In this document: piece after piece, positions 34,312 to 51,669 of the stretch
How positions within the stretch are numbered: the stretch's first letter is position 1
How the letters are laid out: every line of letters begins with the position of its first letter
DNA from: Eledone cirrhosa
Lineage: Eukaryota
NCBI GenBank assembly: GCA_964016885.1
Contig: OZ024742.1
Coordinates: forward strand, 107,880,001 to 107,944,000
DNA length: 64,000 nucleotides
Direction: 5' to 3'
Program-made: the position numbers and the translations under genes
The notes under the pieces: model-generated
The model's input: the letters and a program-made list of their open reading frames with translations, nothing else
What the model was told of the DNA's origin: nothing
Database searches by the model: none

Positions 34312-34782
34312 AAATTAAAAGATCGGATGCCATAATAAGGTTTATTTAAAACTCCGTTATACATATTTCATTGAGGACTATTAGTTATGATACCCTGAGC
34401 TCAGACGGCAAAACCTTTAAAAACTTGAAAATATTGAAAGTTCCGAAAAAAATCAAAAAATCATTAAATTAAAAAAAAATCCAAAAACTTCCTCGAAAAG
34501 AATTTCTGTTCTTGATACAGGGAAACGCGGCCGAACGCATTATGTTATTTTCGCCCCTCCCCACCTTTTATCAAGAAAACATTTTTTTCGAGGAAGTTTT
34601 GTCATTTTTCTTTAAAATTTAAAGATTGTTTTTTTTTTTTTACCTTTCAATATTCTCAAGTTTTTTAAGTTTTGCCGTCTGATGAGCTCAGGCTATCGTA
34701 ACTGATAGTCCTCAGTAAAATATGTATAACGGAGTTTTAAATAAATCTGAATCAACTGAATATGGCCTCCGAACATTTAATA
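34312..34782. repeat. ~200-bp imperfect inverted repeat containing a decayed hammerhead
   Basis: Arms 34312-34517 and 34569-34782. The plus arm (34675-34732) reads ccgt-CTGATGA-long stem II-AAAA-tatgTA-taacgg. The other arm keeps GAAA but has lost TGA from the core. Confidence 0.75.
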
Positions 34783-35576
34783 ATATATAATGATCTGGTT
34801 TGCACAATTTATACATGTTATTGAGCGCTTCTTTTTATCTACTTCACGACCGACCGACCATAATATGGTTCGAACATCCCTGGTCGGTTAACCCCATATT
34901 GTAATATATATATAACTTTCTAATTTTATCAATAACTGTCCTTTATATAGAATTCTATGAATATATATCTTTTTCTCGATGTAGTTTAGATATTACTCTC
35001 AGATGAAACATCCACGCATAAATGTTCCCAAGAGAAATACATAGTCGTTTCATCGGTCACCAATGCCACGTGATGTGATTGTAATTACGTTTCACAAATT
35101 ATATTGCTTCCATTAAACCTCAATGCAATGTTAATTATTTCGGTTTCGGTCTACCTTTAGTACATAAATATACATACAGAGATATTTACGACATCGTTAA
35201 AGTCAGTTGAATGTGACTTCTGAAGAGATAGGCGTGTCAAGAATTCAACACGAAGACATTTACGTAAGGAAAAAAATAAAATTCAGATTCTTTAGTTGAA
35301 GAATCCAGACAGATTCAGCCATACTGGTGTAGTGTAGTCTCTATTACAGGATAAATTGCCAAATAATTAATATCTGCAATGTTAATGATGCAATTTTTAT
35401 GTTCCTTTAATAACGCAGAAAACTGATTCTACAAGGAAACAATGAAAGGCGCCGAAGGGTCCAAGGAAACATTTCCATAGGTCTTTCCATTGCTCAAGCT
35501 ATCTGACGGCTTTAACAACTTGCTGGCGGAGCAACTTGAAATAAATGCTTTGCTCACGTACACCCCCCCCCCATCC

Positions 35577-35621
<45 letters not shown>

Positions 35622-35770
35622 TGTATATATATATATATGTATGTATATATATAAATATATATGTATATATATATATATATGGATATATATATATATATGG
35701 ATGTATATGTATATATATATATATATATATAATATATATATATATGGATGTATATATATATATATATGTA

Positions 35771-35810
<40 letters not shown>

Positions 35811-36402
35811 GTTTTAATATAGATGAGATTCCACAGGACTAGAACTGTTTCATTCTTTAGAAATCATCAGGAATCTGGGTATCAAAAAATAAATATGGTA
35901 TTTATAGGTCTCTTCGGGTGGTAGGAGAGGGTAGGGAGTGGGATGGGTAGAGGTCATTGGTTGATAGAAAAGGGAATTCATTAAAAGCTAATTCTTTAAG
36001 GCTATAATTTATATTTAGAGTAACAAAGGCAGAAAGAATTCTATAAACAAGTTCAGAATGGGGAGCTACTCCTTATTTTTATGTTTCTCTTAAGCTAACA
36101 ATGCCTATATTTCAGGTGTCTATAAGATCGTTGGGGGTCAGTCATGGTTGATGGATTTAAAGAAAAGGGAAATTCTTTAAAAGCTAATTCTTTAAGGTTC
36201 TACTTAGTGACAAAGGCCTAGAGAATTCTATAGACCAGTTCAAAATATTGAGTGCATATCATACCATTACCTTCAAATTTCTCTTAAACTATATTCCAAA
36301 AGTCAACAGACACATTCATAAACACACACACTCACACAGACACTCGCGCGCACCCCCCCAACACACATATATATATATACATATATATACATATACACAC
36401 AT

Positions 36403-36420
<18 letters not shown>
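35811..36420 (-). repeat. PLE-pLTR-like repeat, inverted partner of 48330-48920
   Basis: Reverse-complement match over ~600 bp. Contains an HHR at 35826-35876 whose triplet is GUG. Confidence 0.85.
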
Positions 36421-36471
<51 letters not shown>

Positions 36472-36489
36472 TAAATTCATATATATATC

Positions 36490-37367
36490 TGCTTCTCCCC
36501 TTCTCACTTCCTCCCGTTTGTAGTGGGGTCTTTTCTTGCTCACATCTCACTCACGCCGCACGGTCTGTATTCTCTCGCCCATGAAATCCACACAGCTAAA
36601 GCTGATCGGACTCCCATGTGCTTGTTTTTTCCTATCTTTGCGTTGCTATCCTACTATGTTTGTTTACTTGTCTCGCTCGCTTTACGCGATTTGCTTGTCC
36701 CAATAGCTTTATTTAGCTATTGCTCGTACCAACCGGAGGTATATGATTTTTAAAGCGATGAAATACCAATGAAGGTTGGAAAATCACTGACGAAGGACTA
36801 TTTTTTATCACATGTAACCCATGTGCAACCACGCAGTATTCTTCTCATGTTTTTTATATATATTTTCCTCAGCTGCGTTTGTCTGTTTCTCTCTTACTGC
36901 TTCCCCGCTCTCTCTGTTTCTCTCACCTTCTTTCGCCCCCTCTGTCAGTTACACTTTCTCTCGACTGACCTCTTCCTCGCACTTCCACTCACTTACTCTC
37001 TGCTTCTCCCCTTCTCACTTCCTCTCGTTTGGCCTGTAGTGGGGTATTTTCTTGCTCACATCTCACTCACGCCGCACGGTCTGTATTCTCTCGCCCATGA
37101 AATCCACACAGCTAAAGCTGATCGGACTCCCATGTGCTTGTTTTTTCCTATCTTTGCGTTGCTATCCTACTATGTTTGTTTACTTGTCTCGCTCGCTTTA
37201 CGCGATTTACTTGTCCCAATAGCTTTATTTAGCTATTGCTCGCACAAACCGGAGGTATATGATTTTTAAAGCGATGAAATATCAATGAAGGTTGGAAAAT
37301 CACTGACGAAGGACTATTTTCATCATATGTAACCCATGTGCAACCACACGTAGTATTCTTTCTTCTC

Positions 37368-37372
<5 letters not shown>
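36490..37372. repeat. Tandem direct repeat, ~516-bp period
   Basis: ttcttgctcacatctcactcacgccgcacgg...cactgacgaaggactatttt...atgtaacccatgtgcaaccac occurs twice. The last motif also appears at 28520-28580 (-) and 31440-31480. Confidence 0.85.
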
Positions 37373-37451
<79 letters not shown>

Positions 37452-37550
37452 TATATATATATACATACATATACACACACATACACACATGTGTACACAT
37501 ATACACACATATACACATACACACACACATATATATATATACATATATAT

Positions 37551-37581
<31 letters not shown>

Positions 37582-38048
37582 CACATATCCATATATACAC
37601 ACACATATATATATATACACACATACACACACACACACATATATATATATACACACATACACACACATATACATACATATACATACATACACACATACAT
37701 ATATATACACACATATATATACATATATACACATATACACACGTATGCATATATACATATATATACATATATACATATATATATATATATACGCATACAC
37801 AGACATACACACATACATACATACACATACATATATACATATACACACGTATGCATATATACATATATATACATATATACATATATACATATATATATAT
37901 ATATACACATACACAGACATACACACATACATACATACACATACATATATACATATATATATATACACATACATATATATACACATATCCATACATACAT
38001 ATACACATATATACATACGTTAATGACCCGACCACGTATATATATACA

Positions 38049-39928
38049 TACTCACATAACCATAGTGGCCGTAATTCAGGTTGAGGAGGGGTGGGGTGGG
38101 GTGGGATGGAGGTCGAGGGGCTAAAAGGAGGAAATCGTTTTTAGCCATCGGGCATTAACACTGGCTTAAGGTATTTGAAAGTTGCAACGTTCTTGTGCAT
38201 GCAGTTCGGGCAGTGTTCAGAGAGTTTGTTCAGTAGCGGGCCCTTGGCCAATAAAATTTCATAGCTCTATGAGATACAAAGGTCGCAGCCCTTGTGTTAT
38301 CCGTTGTAAGAGCGCGCTTTCTGGAGTATTTTCCATTTAAGCGCGAAGGGGGTGGAGTTCCTTTTGAGGTCCCAAACATAGGAGGCGAGTGTTGTCTGGT
38401 TTGATTTGTCCGGTCTTCTGAAGGAGTGGGTATGGGCCTACCAACTGGTCTTAAAGTTATTGGAAGTCATGCCGATGTAAGTCTTTTTGTTATTGCAATC
38501 ATCGGTGCCTGAGATGACATCGCATTTGTATACGATATCATTTGTCAGGCATTTGTTTTCAAGTGGGCAGGCTTCCTTATTTAGGCAATTACACACGGCC
38601 CCAGTCCGCGGATTGGGTTCGTTGGTGGTTGTCTTATTAAATTTTTTAGAAATGTGGTTTGCTATATTCCTAGCTAGGTTAGGTGTGGTGGAGTAGGAGA
38701 GTCTTATTGTGTTCTTATTAAAGATGGTGTAGTACCTATGTTGTATGGGGAAGTGTGTTTTCAGCAAAGGGAAGAAAATCCTAGCTATCGGTGTAGAGAC
38801 CTCTCTATTGAAGGGAGGGTTGTACCAGCTAATCTGCCTATGCCTATTCCTCGTCTGCAATCTTGCGGTGGTTTCTAGGTAGGTTATCTTTTCTTTAAAT
38901 CCGCTGCGGGCGAGGGCGTCATTGTAGTAGGAGACAGAGGCGTTAAAAATATCTTCGTTGGCAGAGAGGCCAGAGATTCTAATAGAGACGCTTTTTATTA
39001 AGTTATCAGTGATGTTTTTGGGGTGGTTAGAATTAACATTAATATATCTAAGGGACTCGTTAGGTTTGTGGTACGGGTAATAGAGGGAAGTATCTATATC
39101 GAGAGTGACATCTAAGAAGTTGGCCCTAGTCATATTAGATTCTATAGTTATACTAAATCCTAGATTACAGAAGAACGAGCTTAATTTTCTCCGAAACCCA
39201 TCGGAGGTTCTGGGGCTAACCTTGTGCAGGGCGAAGAGGCCGTCGTCTCGGTATAAACCTCCGGTTAGGCCGGTAAAGAGGTTCTTCAGGTGATGTAAAA
39301 TGTACAGGCCCACAAGGTCACTAATTTCAGCCGAGTCACTCGCTCCCATGATGACGTCAAATGGGGTCTGAGACTTCTTGTTGATCCAGTAAGATCCATC
39401 GTGGTATAGAAAGGTCTTACGGGCGTGGAGGATAACAACTTGCTCAGCATCGGTAATGGTGGTAAAATTCCTGGCAAAGGTAATTGCGTCCTTCAAGAGG
39501 GGCTCCGAGATAGAAGCATAGTAGTTTTCTATGTCGAGTTGCAGGAAGCGAGTGTGGCGTTTGTCGGGTAATTCTTGGAACCAGGATATTGTCTCAGATG
39601 TTCTGTTCCAGAGTGGGAGTGGTGAGACAGCCCGCAATGATGCTAGAACTCTAACTAGGATCTTCTTACTGATAGAGCCGATGTCTGAACGAGTGGGGTT
39701 GATAAGTCTGACTGATGGTTTGTTGAGGAAATTTTATTCGCCAAGGGCCCGCAACTGAACAAACTCTCTGAACACTGCCCGAACTGCATGCACAAGGACT
39801 TTGCAACTTTCAAATACCTTAAGCCGGTGTTAATGCCCGATGGCTAAAAACGACTTCCTCATTTTAGCACCTCTACCTCCTCCCCCCCCCCCTCAACCTG
39901 AAATACGGCCACTATGGTTATGTGAGTA
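38049..39928 (-). mobile_element. 5'-truncated PLE (RT and GIY-YIG, Naiad-like) with ~200-bp inverted 3' end
   Basis: ORF 38438-39637 has FLQLDIENYY, FDVIMGASDSAEISDLVGLYIL, GGLYRDDGL, NFLDVTLD, WYNPPF, CNCLNKEACPLENKCL..IVYKC...TYIGMT. It continues past a stop to CDLC..LLNK..C.H. Arms 38049-38250 and 39740-39928 are inverted. Confidence 0.92.
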
Positions 39929-40231
39929 CCTCTTACCTATCTGCATTTTCTGCCTGTAGAGCTGTTTTTATGTGCTGTGTATATGCGTATATTTATGAGT
40001 ACATATTTGTATATATATATATATATGTATGTATGTGTATGTATGTGTATGTGTGTGTATATGTATATATATATATGTATATATGTATATATATGTGTAT
40101 ATATATATGTATATGTATACATATATATATATATATATGTATATGTATACATATATATATATATATGTATATGCGTGTATATGTATATATATATATATAT
40201 GTATATATATGTATATATATATAATGTATAT

Positions 40232-40323
<92 letters not shown>

Positions 40324-40477
40324 TTGTGTGTATAAGTGTGTGTGTATATATATGTGTGTGTGTATATATGTATATGTGTGTATATGTATGTATTTTTGTA
40401 TGTGTGTATATGTGTATATACATGTATATGTATGTGTATGTATATGTGTATATATATGTGTATATATGTATATATAT

Positions 40478-40569
<92 letters not shown>

Positions 40570-41031
40570 GTGTATGTGTATATGTATGTATGTGTATGTA
40601 TGTATATGTGTATATATCTGTGTATGTATTTATTTTTTATATATATATGTATATATATATATATATGTATATGTATATATATGTGTGTATATATATATAT
40701 TTGTGTATGTGTGTATATGTGTGTATATATGTATATATATGTATATATGTATATATGTATGTATGTGTGTATATATGTATGTATATATATATATATATAT
40801 ATGTGTGTATATATATATATGTGTATATGTATGTATGTATATGTGTATATATATGTATGTGTATATATATATATATACACATATATACACATATATTCAC
40901 ATATATACATATATACATATATACAAATATATACACATATATACACATATATGTATATATGTATGTGTATGTATGTATGTATGTATGTATGTGAGTATGT
41001 CTGTGTATGTGTATATATATATATATGTATG

Positions 41032-41120
<89 letters not shown>

Positions 41121-41262
41121 ATATATGTATATATGCATACGTGTGTATATGTGTATATATATGTATATATATGTATATACATGTGTGTATATATATGTAT
41201 GTGTGTATGTATGTATATATATGTATGTGTTGTATGTATGTATATGTATGTATATGTGTGTG

Positions 41263-43471
<2,209 letters not shown>

Positions 43472-43533
43472 TATATATGTATATGTATATATATATATAT
43501 GTATGTATGTGTGTGTATATATATATGTGTGTG

Positions 43534-43605
<72 letters not shown>

Positions 43606-43677
43606 CGTGTATATTTATGTATATATATATGTGTATATATGTGTATATGTGTGTATATGTGTACATGTGTGTATATG

Positions 43678-43723
<46 letters not shown>

Positions 43724-43734
<11 letters not shown>

Positions 43735-46700
43735 GGATACTATTTATGGTTATGTATATATTAAAGTTTTTATAGTTTTGTATATTTTAAACCTTAAACA
43801 GTGAAGGTCAGTAATTTATTACTACCTTATTACCACTAAGATAAATAACTCAATGTAATAACATCAGTTGTTCTACAGAGCAGTTATATAGAATTCACAA
43901 GAATCAAAGCTATGTTCGAAGCATTTATTCACTTACATGTCACTCAACTGTACATCAATATATATATATATGTATCTGTATGTCTCTTGCGTCGGAAAGG
44001 AGGTCAATTACATATACAAACATTGAAAAATGCTCCGAAGAACCCAAGCCTAGGTTTGGATGAAACAATTGTAAGTGAATAAATGCTTTGAACATAGCTT
44101 TGATTCTTGTGAATTCTATATAACTGCTCTGTAGAACAACTGATGTTATTACATTGAGCTATTTATCTTACTGGTAATAAGGTAGTAATAAATTACTGAC
44201 CTTAAGTGTTTAAGGTTTAAAATATACATAACTATAAAAAGTTTAATATATACATAACCATAAATAGTATCCTGAATATTATTAACTGCTCCATACTGTT
44301 GAGCTAAAATACATTAAATTACCAGTATGCTGATCAAAGACCAACTTCCTATGTCAACCAAGAACATACCAATACCACCCAAAGATACATACGAGAAATT
44401 ATTGATCAATAGTGTCAACTCCTTTATCAATATTCCATTATGATAAAAAAAAATCTAACAAAATTGATGATACTAACAAATTCGACTCCTTCGGCTTTAA
44501 AACTTTTAGAAGGCCCCCTCACAACACACTACTAAACTCCTTTGAAAATGACCTAATAAAACTAGTTAAGAACATTAAATACAAAAAGCATCGTAATAGA
44601 AACAACACCTTCTTAAACAAACTTAACTCCTCTATTAATGGATTCAAAACAAGTAGTAAAATTATTGTGTATGCGGACAAAACTAATAACAAATACAGCC
44701 TAGATTATGATACATATAGAAAGTTTATATATAATGAACTACACAAGAGCTACAAGAAAACTACTCTGAAAAACCTAGAAGATATTAATTTAGAAGGCCG
44801 TAATATAGTGTCCAAACTGGGACTTCAGAGACATACACAACCATACACCCCAAACCCCCTTAGATTCTCTCTGAAGGACCATAAGGAGGATTTCATTAGT
44901 AACCCTTCGATTGTCTGACATTGGCATTACCAGTAAGAAAATTTTGGATAAAATCATCCCACAGATTAAACACAAAATATACCTTAAACAGTGGGGAAAT
45001 ACGGGTGAAGTTATTGAATGGTTTAAGGATATCAAGGAAAACAAAAATAAAAAATTTATTCAATTTGATATCAATTCATACTACACCTCTATTTCCCCTA
45101 TCCTATTAAATAAGGCACTAATTATGGCCATGAACAATAGTGACCTGACTAGACCCCAGATTGATGTCATACTTGCGGCCCGCAAAACCGTAATCACTTT
45201 TGAAGACCAGTTATGGACCCGCAAGGATAGGCATAACAACTTTGACATAACCATGGGATCTAGTGACTCGGCGCAGGTCACTGATTTAGTGGGCCTATAC
45301 CTACTAAACGAAATCCATAAGGACCTTCCATACCTCAACGGTGGTTTGTACCGCGACGATGCACTACTCCTTATAGACTATACAAATTTAATATAGAAAG
45401 AACTAGAAAACTATAACCTAAGTATCGCCATAGACAAAAACACTAAAAACGTTAAGTTCCTAGATGCCACCCTTTACCTAGACTCTAAGATATATACACC
45501 ATTCCATAAACCTAACGAAAAACTGATTTACGTAGATACCAAGTCTAACCACCCTAGATCAATATTAAACTCTATCTCTAAAGGAATATCCAATAGAATC
45601 TCTAATCTATCTTATGACGAAACGATATTCAACAAAAACTCACAATACTATAATCAGACATTAGCTAGATCATGACATAATAATGAGATCGAGTTCCTAC
45701 CTATAAAAACACATAGTTATAACATTATTTCGCACAATATGTCCATGAGGAAAAATAGTAATAAGAATAATAACCACACACACACTAGTACGAAGGGTGG
45801 CAACAAACGTAACTCACACCAGAGAGGACACCAAAATGCCATAAACGAAAACATCTCACCAGACATAAAAAATAAAAATAGAAGAAGAACTAATACATTT
45901 TTCAACCCCCCTTTCAATCTAAACATCTCTACCAACCTACCTAAGGCTTTCTTCTCACTCCTGGATAACAACTTCCCATCTGGCCACAAGTACCATAGTC
46001 TTATAAATAAAAACACCATTAAAATCTCCTACTCTACCACGCCTAGCATAGCATATCACATAGCTAGTAGCAATAAAAGAAAGATTAATACTTACTTTCA
46101 ACAAACTAAAACACAGCAGGGGGCAAACTTTCAAAACAACGTAATAGCTGCAAACCCTGATATCAATAGTAATAATAGTAATAACACTAGTGAAATCAAT
46201 AACACTGGGAGCGACAGCCCCCATAGCCATAATTCAATACCTAGCAACCAGACTTCTACTCAAGATAATAACCGGCAGGTTAACATCCTAAAAAATTGTA
46301 ACTGTAGATCTAATAGAACCTGCCCTTTAGATAAAAACTGCTTAATCAAGGACATCATATACTCATGCACCGTCAGAACTAGCAACTCTTCTGAAACCTA
46401 TATAGGCTCTACTTCGAACTGCTTCAAAACCAGATACAATTCACACCTCCATTCTTTCAAAAAACACAGTCTAGCCAACTATCACTATCTAGCTACATAC
46501 ACTATCTAAAAACTAGAAATAGATCTTATACACTTCAATGGGAAGTGATAGGTAAGGTGGCATCGTACAGACCACCTAATAGATTCTGTAACCTCTGTCT
46601 TCTAGAGACCCATACTATAATCTTCTCGAACCTTAACCTCCTTAATAAAAAATCGGAAGTATTTGCGTCGTGCCAGCACCGCTTCCGGCACTCCTTCCAA

Positions 46701-48317
46701 AACTTTAAACCCAATATATAACAATGTCAGACTTGAACCCATCACCGCTTCTAACACCACACCTCAAGGGCACGGCTTACACCACAACACTTCACTCTCT
46801 GATCCACCTTATCTCGACACAAATCATTCCATCTATCTATAACTTTATACCCTAGAAATATCCGCATAAACACCTACTTTTATTATAATTACTTTCAATT
46901 ACTTATAATTATGTAGTGATATAATACAGTCTATATAAACTTTAAATACTAGATACGGCAGTGAATTATATATGCAATTGTAATTAAATGTATGGAGTAA
47001 TAACATTGGATATATATAGGATTAATTTATTAACATAAGAGATCTGTCTAACTTATATGTAGGGTGCTGTAATGAATTATATGTGAATTATATAAGAATT
47101 ATATATGCAAGTATAACTTGATGGATAGATTAATGACATTGTAAATGAGGGATGTATTTGTCTGCCCTAGAGTTGTATTTGGTTTTGTCATGAAATCATC
47201 CATACGCTGCTCCATAACTTACCAGGGGTTATGTAGACAAAATTCTAATACGCCCTCTGATGTGTTTTGAGAGTAGACTGTATTTACAGTAAACTTTGAT
47301 ATAAAGATATGGCACTTTGTATGGGAAATTCAATTGTAGCACTATATAATAAGGAGTAATCAACTTACTATAGATACCTTTAGTACATTATGATAGAGTA
47401 GACTGTATTTAAAATTGAAAAATAGATATAAATATATATTATATAACCGTTTATATAAGGGACTCAATTGAGGCACCATATAATATATGTTAGAACAATG
47501 AATTTAGTTATGAGAATCAGCTAGTTACCTCCCCTTACGCATTAACTCCCCTTAATTACACACATACTTCCGGGTAATAAACCACTGTAAATTCTCGCAG
47601 CAGAAAGAACCTATTCTATAAATATGGATTAATTAACACTGAGCCTCAATACACTACAATAATTTAATTTAATGCATCAAACATTCACTACGGAATCATC
47701 GTTACTTATGTGATGGATGTAAAAATTTTAACTTACTTTTTCTGAATGTGAAAATGGTGGTGGATACGAAAACCATAACTTTCTTTTGCTTCTTTTTCTT
47801 TTTCTTTTTCTTTTTCTGCACACATACTGTTTTGATCTATACTAAAAATACCCTACCACTACAACCACCATAATACTCTTGCTTACCCGCTTAAAGTGCT
47901 TGCATTACATGTAACACCTTGCCACACAATAATCATATAAAAATGAGACACACTTGCACGCTCCATGTGTAACTAACGCATACACTACCTACTAGATCTG
48001 ACTATCAAACTATCCTCCTGCATTATCTGTGTTATCTGCCGAATGTATTTTAATTTTGATTTTGATTTTAATTTTGATTTTGATTTTGATCTTGAATTTG
48101 AATTGCTGTACAAAAATAGTATAGTATAATATATGTCACTCCACTGTACATCAATATATATATATATATGTATCTGTATGTCTCTTGCGTCGGAAAGGAG
48201 GTCAATTATGTGTACAAACATTGAAAAATGCTCCGAAGACCCCAAGCCTAGGTTTGGATGAAACAATTGTAAGTGAATAAATGCTTTGAACATATCTTTG
48301 ATTCTTGTGAATTCTCT
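43724..48317 (+). mobile_element. Near full-length decayed PLE (Naiad-like) with direct pLTRs and inverted 5' pLTR segment
   Basis: Coding remnant ~44351-46720: STKNIPIP, ADKTNNKY, FIQFDINSYYTSI, FDITMGSSDSAQVTDLVGLYLL, GGLYRDDAL, FFNPPF, CNCRSNRTCPLDKNCL, ETYIGST, CNLCLLE. Direct repeats 43940-44117 and 48135-48317. Inverted arms 43724-43938 and 44070-44283. Confidence 0.92.
44031..44077 (+). ncRNA. pLTR hammerhead fold (core CCGAAGA); second copy at 48229-48275
   Basis: tgct-CCGAAGA-acccaagcctaggtttggat-GAAA-caattg-TA-agtg, followed by aataaa. Confidence 0.6.
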
Positions 48318-48329
48318 CTATATATATGC

Positions 48330-48920
48330 GTGTATATGTGTGTATATGTGTGTATATGTATATATATGTATATATATATGTGTGTGTGTGGGTGCGCGCG
48401 AGTGTTTGTGAGTGTGTGTGTTTGTGAATGTGTCTGACTTTTGGAAGAGAAATTTGAAGGTAATGGTATGATATGCACTCAATATTTTGAACTGATCTAT
48501 AGAATTTTCTAGGCCTTTGTCACTAAGTAGAACCTTAAAGAATTAGCTTTTAAAGAATTTCCCGTTTCTTTAAATCCATCAACCTTGACTGACCCCCAAC
48601 GATCTTATAGACACCTGAAATATAGGCATTGTTAGCTTAAGAGAAACTTAAAAATAAGGAGTAGCACCCCATTCTGAACTTGTTTATAGAATTCTTTCTG
48701 CCTTTGTTACTCTAAATATAAATTATAGCTTTAAAGAATTAGCTTTTAATGAATTCCCTTTTCTATCAACCAATGACCTCTACCCATCCCACTCCCTACC
48801 CTCCCCTATCACCTGAAGAGACCTATAAATACCATATTTATTTTTTGATACCCAGATTCCTGATGATTTCTAAAGAATGAAACAGTTCTAGTCCTGTAGA
48901 ATCTCATCTATATTAAAACT
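48330..48920 (+). repeat. PLE-pLTR-like repeat carrying an intact hammerhead
   Basis: Inverted partner of 35811-36420. Confidence 0.85.
48854..48904 (+). ncRNA. Type-I hammerhead ribozyme with canonical core
   Basis: agattc-CTGATGA-tttctaaagaat-GAAA-cag ttctagtc ctg-TA-gaatct. Perfect 6-bp stem I, GUA triplet ending at 48898. Confidence 0.85.
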
Positions 48921-48986
48921 TTTATACTCTGCTATGTATTGAGCACTTTACTTACTGTGGTTACCTCCGATTCAACCCGGAATAAC

Positions 48987-50209
<1,223 letters not shown>

Positions 50210-50440
50210 GTGTGTGTCTGTGTTTGTGTGCATTACGGTTATTAGCACTCCATGCGGTTTCATGATTCGAATATTTAATATTAACAGATGTAGTGTTTGT
50301 TTCAAACATCTTATGGTTACATAATAGTGAATTATGTTATGTAACTGTAATTGGCTTTGAGCTGTTCATAAAGCGAAACATATACCATAGAAATAAAGTT
50401 CCGTTAAGCTGTAATTTGACTCTCCAAATTTTGTAATTTA

Positions 50441-50549
<109 letters not shown>

Positions 50550-51526
50550 TGCTTATGTCTTTTTGCGCGCGCGAGTGTATATGGTTGCATAACATCTTCC
50601 AATGAAGTTAATATAACTTACTTTATAATTATCTCTATAGAACGAGGAGATAAGTATTGTTAGTTTTTAGCCATGAATGTAGGTAACATTGCTTTCAGAG
50701 TCAATGTTGTAGAAATAATACTAAACGGCGAGGTGGCGAAAGTGAAAAGACCCGGGGTTAATGTTATAACTTAGTTAGATCTAAAGGTAAAAGAAGACAG
50801 AGGCAGCCATGTTGAGAAATATTAACGGAAACTGAGAAGATTATTGATTTCAAACCGGAAACACTTCTCTACGTTAATGCCAAAGGCAAAAAGAATATTT
50901 TATTAGTTTCGATGTTTCTAATACCAGCGCCGGAAATAAAAGCTTCACTTGATATGATATGTTTGTATATTTCTTTATTGTTTGTTTGTTTTCTTTTGTT
51001 CTATTTGTTGTTTTTATTGTCAAACCAAGCCAACTTGAAATAGTAATTCTTTCACGTCGTAATATGATGAAACTAGCAATGAAATAGTCAGAAAAGAAAT
51101 AAACTTGCCGTTATTTATTGAATGGCAATTCAAATATGTTCTCTATCACATACTTATATCTCTTATATCTTGATTACTTAAGACAGAGATATATTATTTA
51201 CTCAGTTCTTGTAAATATACCAGACAGATAGATGAAAGACAGGCTAGAGTTGCAGACTGGCGGACAATATGTTGGTATTATGTATGTATAGTCCCGTATT
51301 TCTCTATCAGAAACTTCTAATTATTTAAACAACCTAGTATGTAGTAAAAATAGACAACAAAGTGGTTGAGTCATTAGAAGTTGAGTCATTAGAACATCAG
51401 ATACAATGCCTTTGTGATATTCTTTCCGGCTCTCTGCGATGCATGTTTAAATCCTACCAATGTCAACTATGTCGTTCATCTTTTCAAGATCGACAAATAG
51501 AATACCATTCCAGTGCTGGGATCAAG

Positions 51527-51628
<102 letters not shown>

Positions 51629-51669
51629 CGCGCGTGCGTGCGTGCGTGTGTGTGTGTGTGTGTGTGTAA

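Noticed and set aside
45670-45680. In-frame TGA in a Naiad-like PLE as possible selenocysteine
   Set aside because: It aligns to Gly (LARSGF in the 38438 element), not Cys, and the element has other stops and frameshifts.
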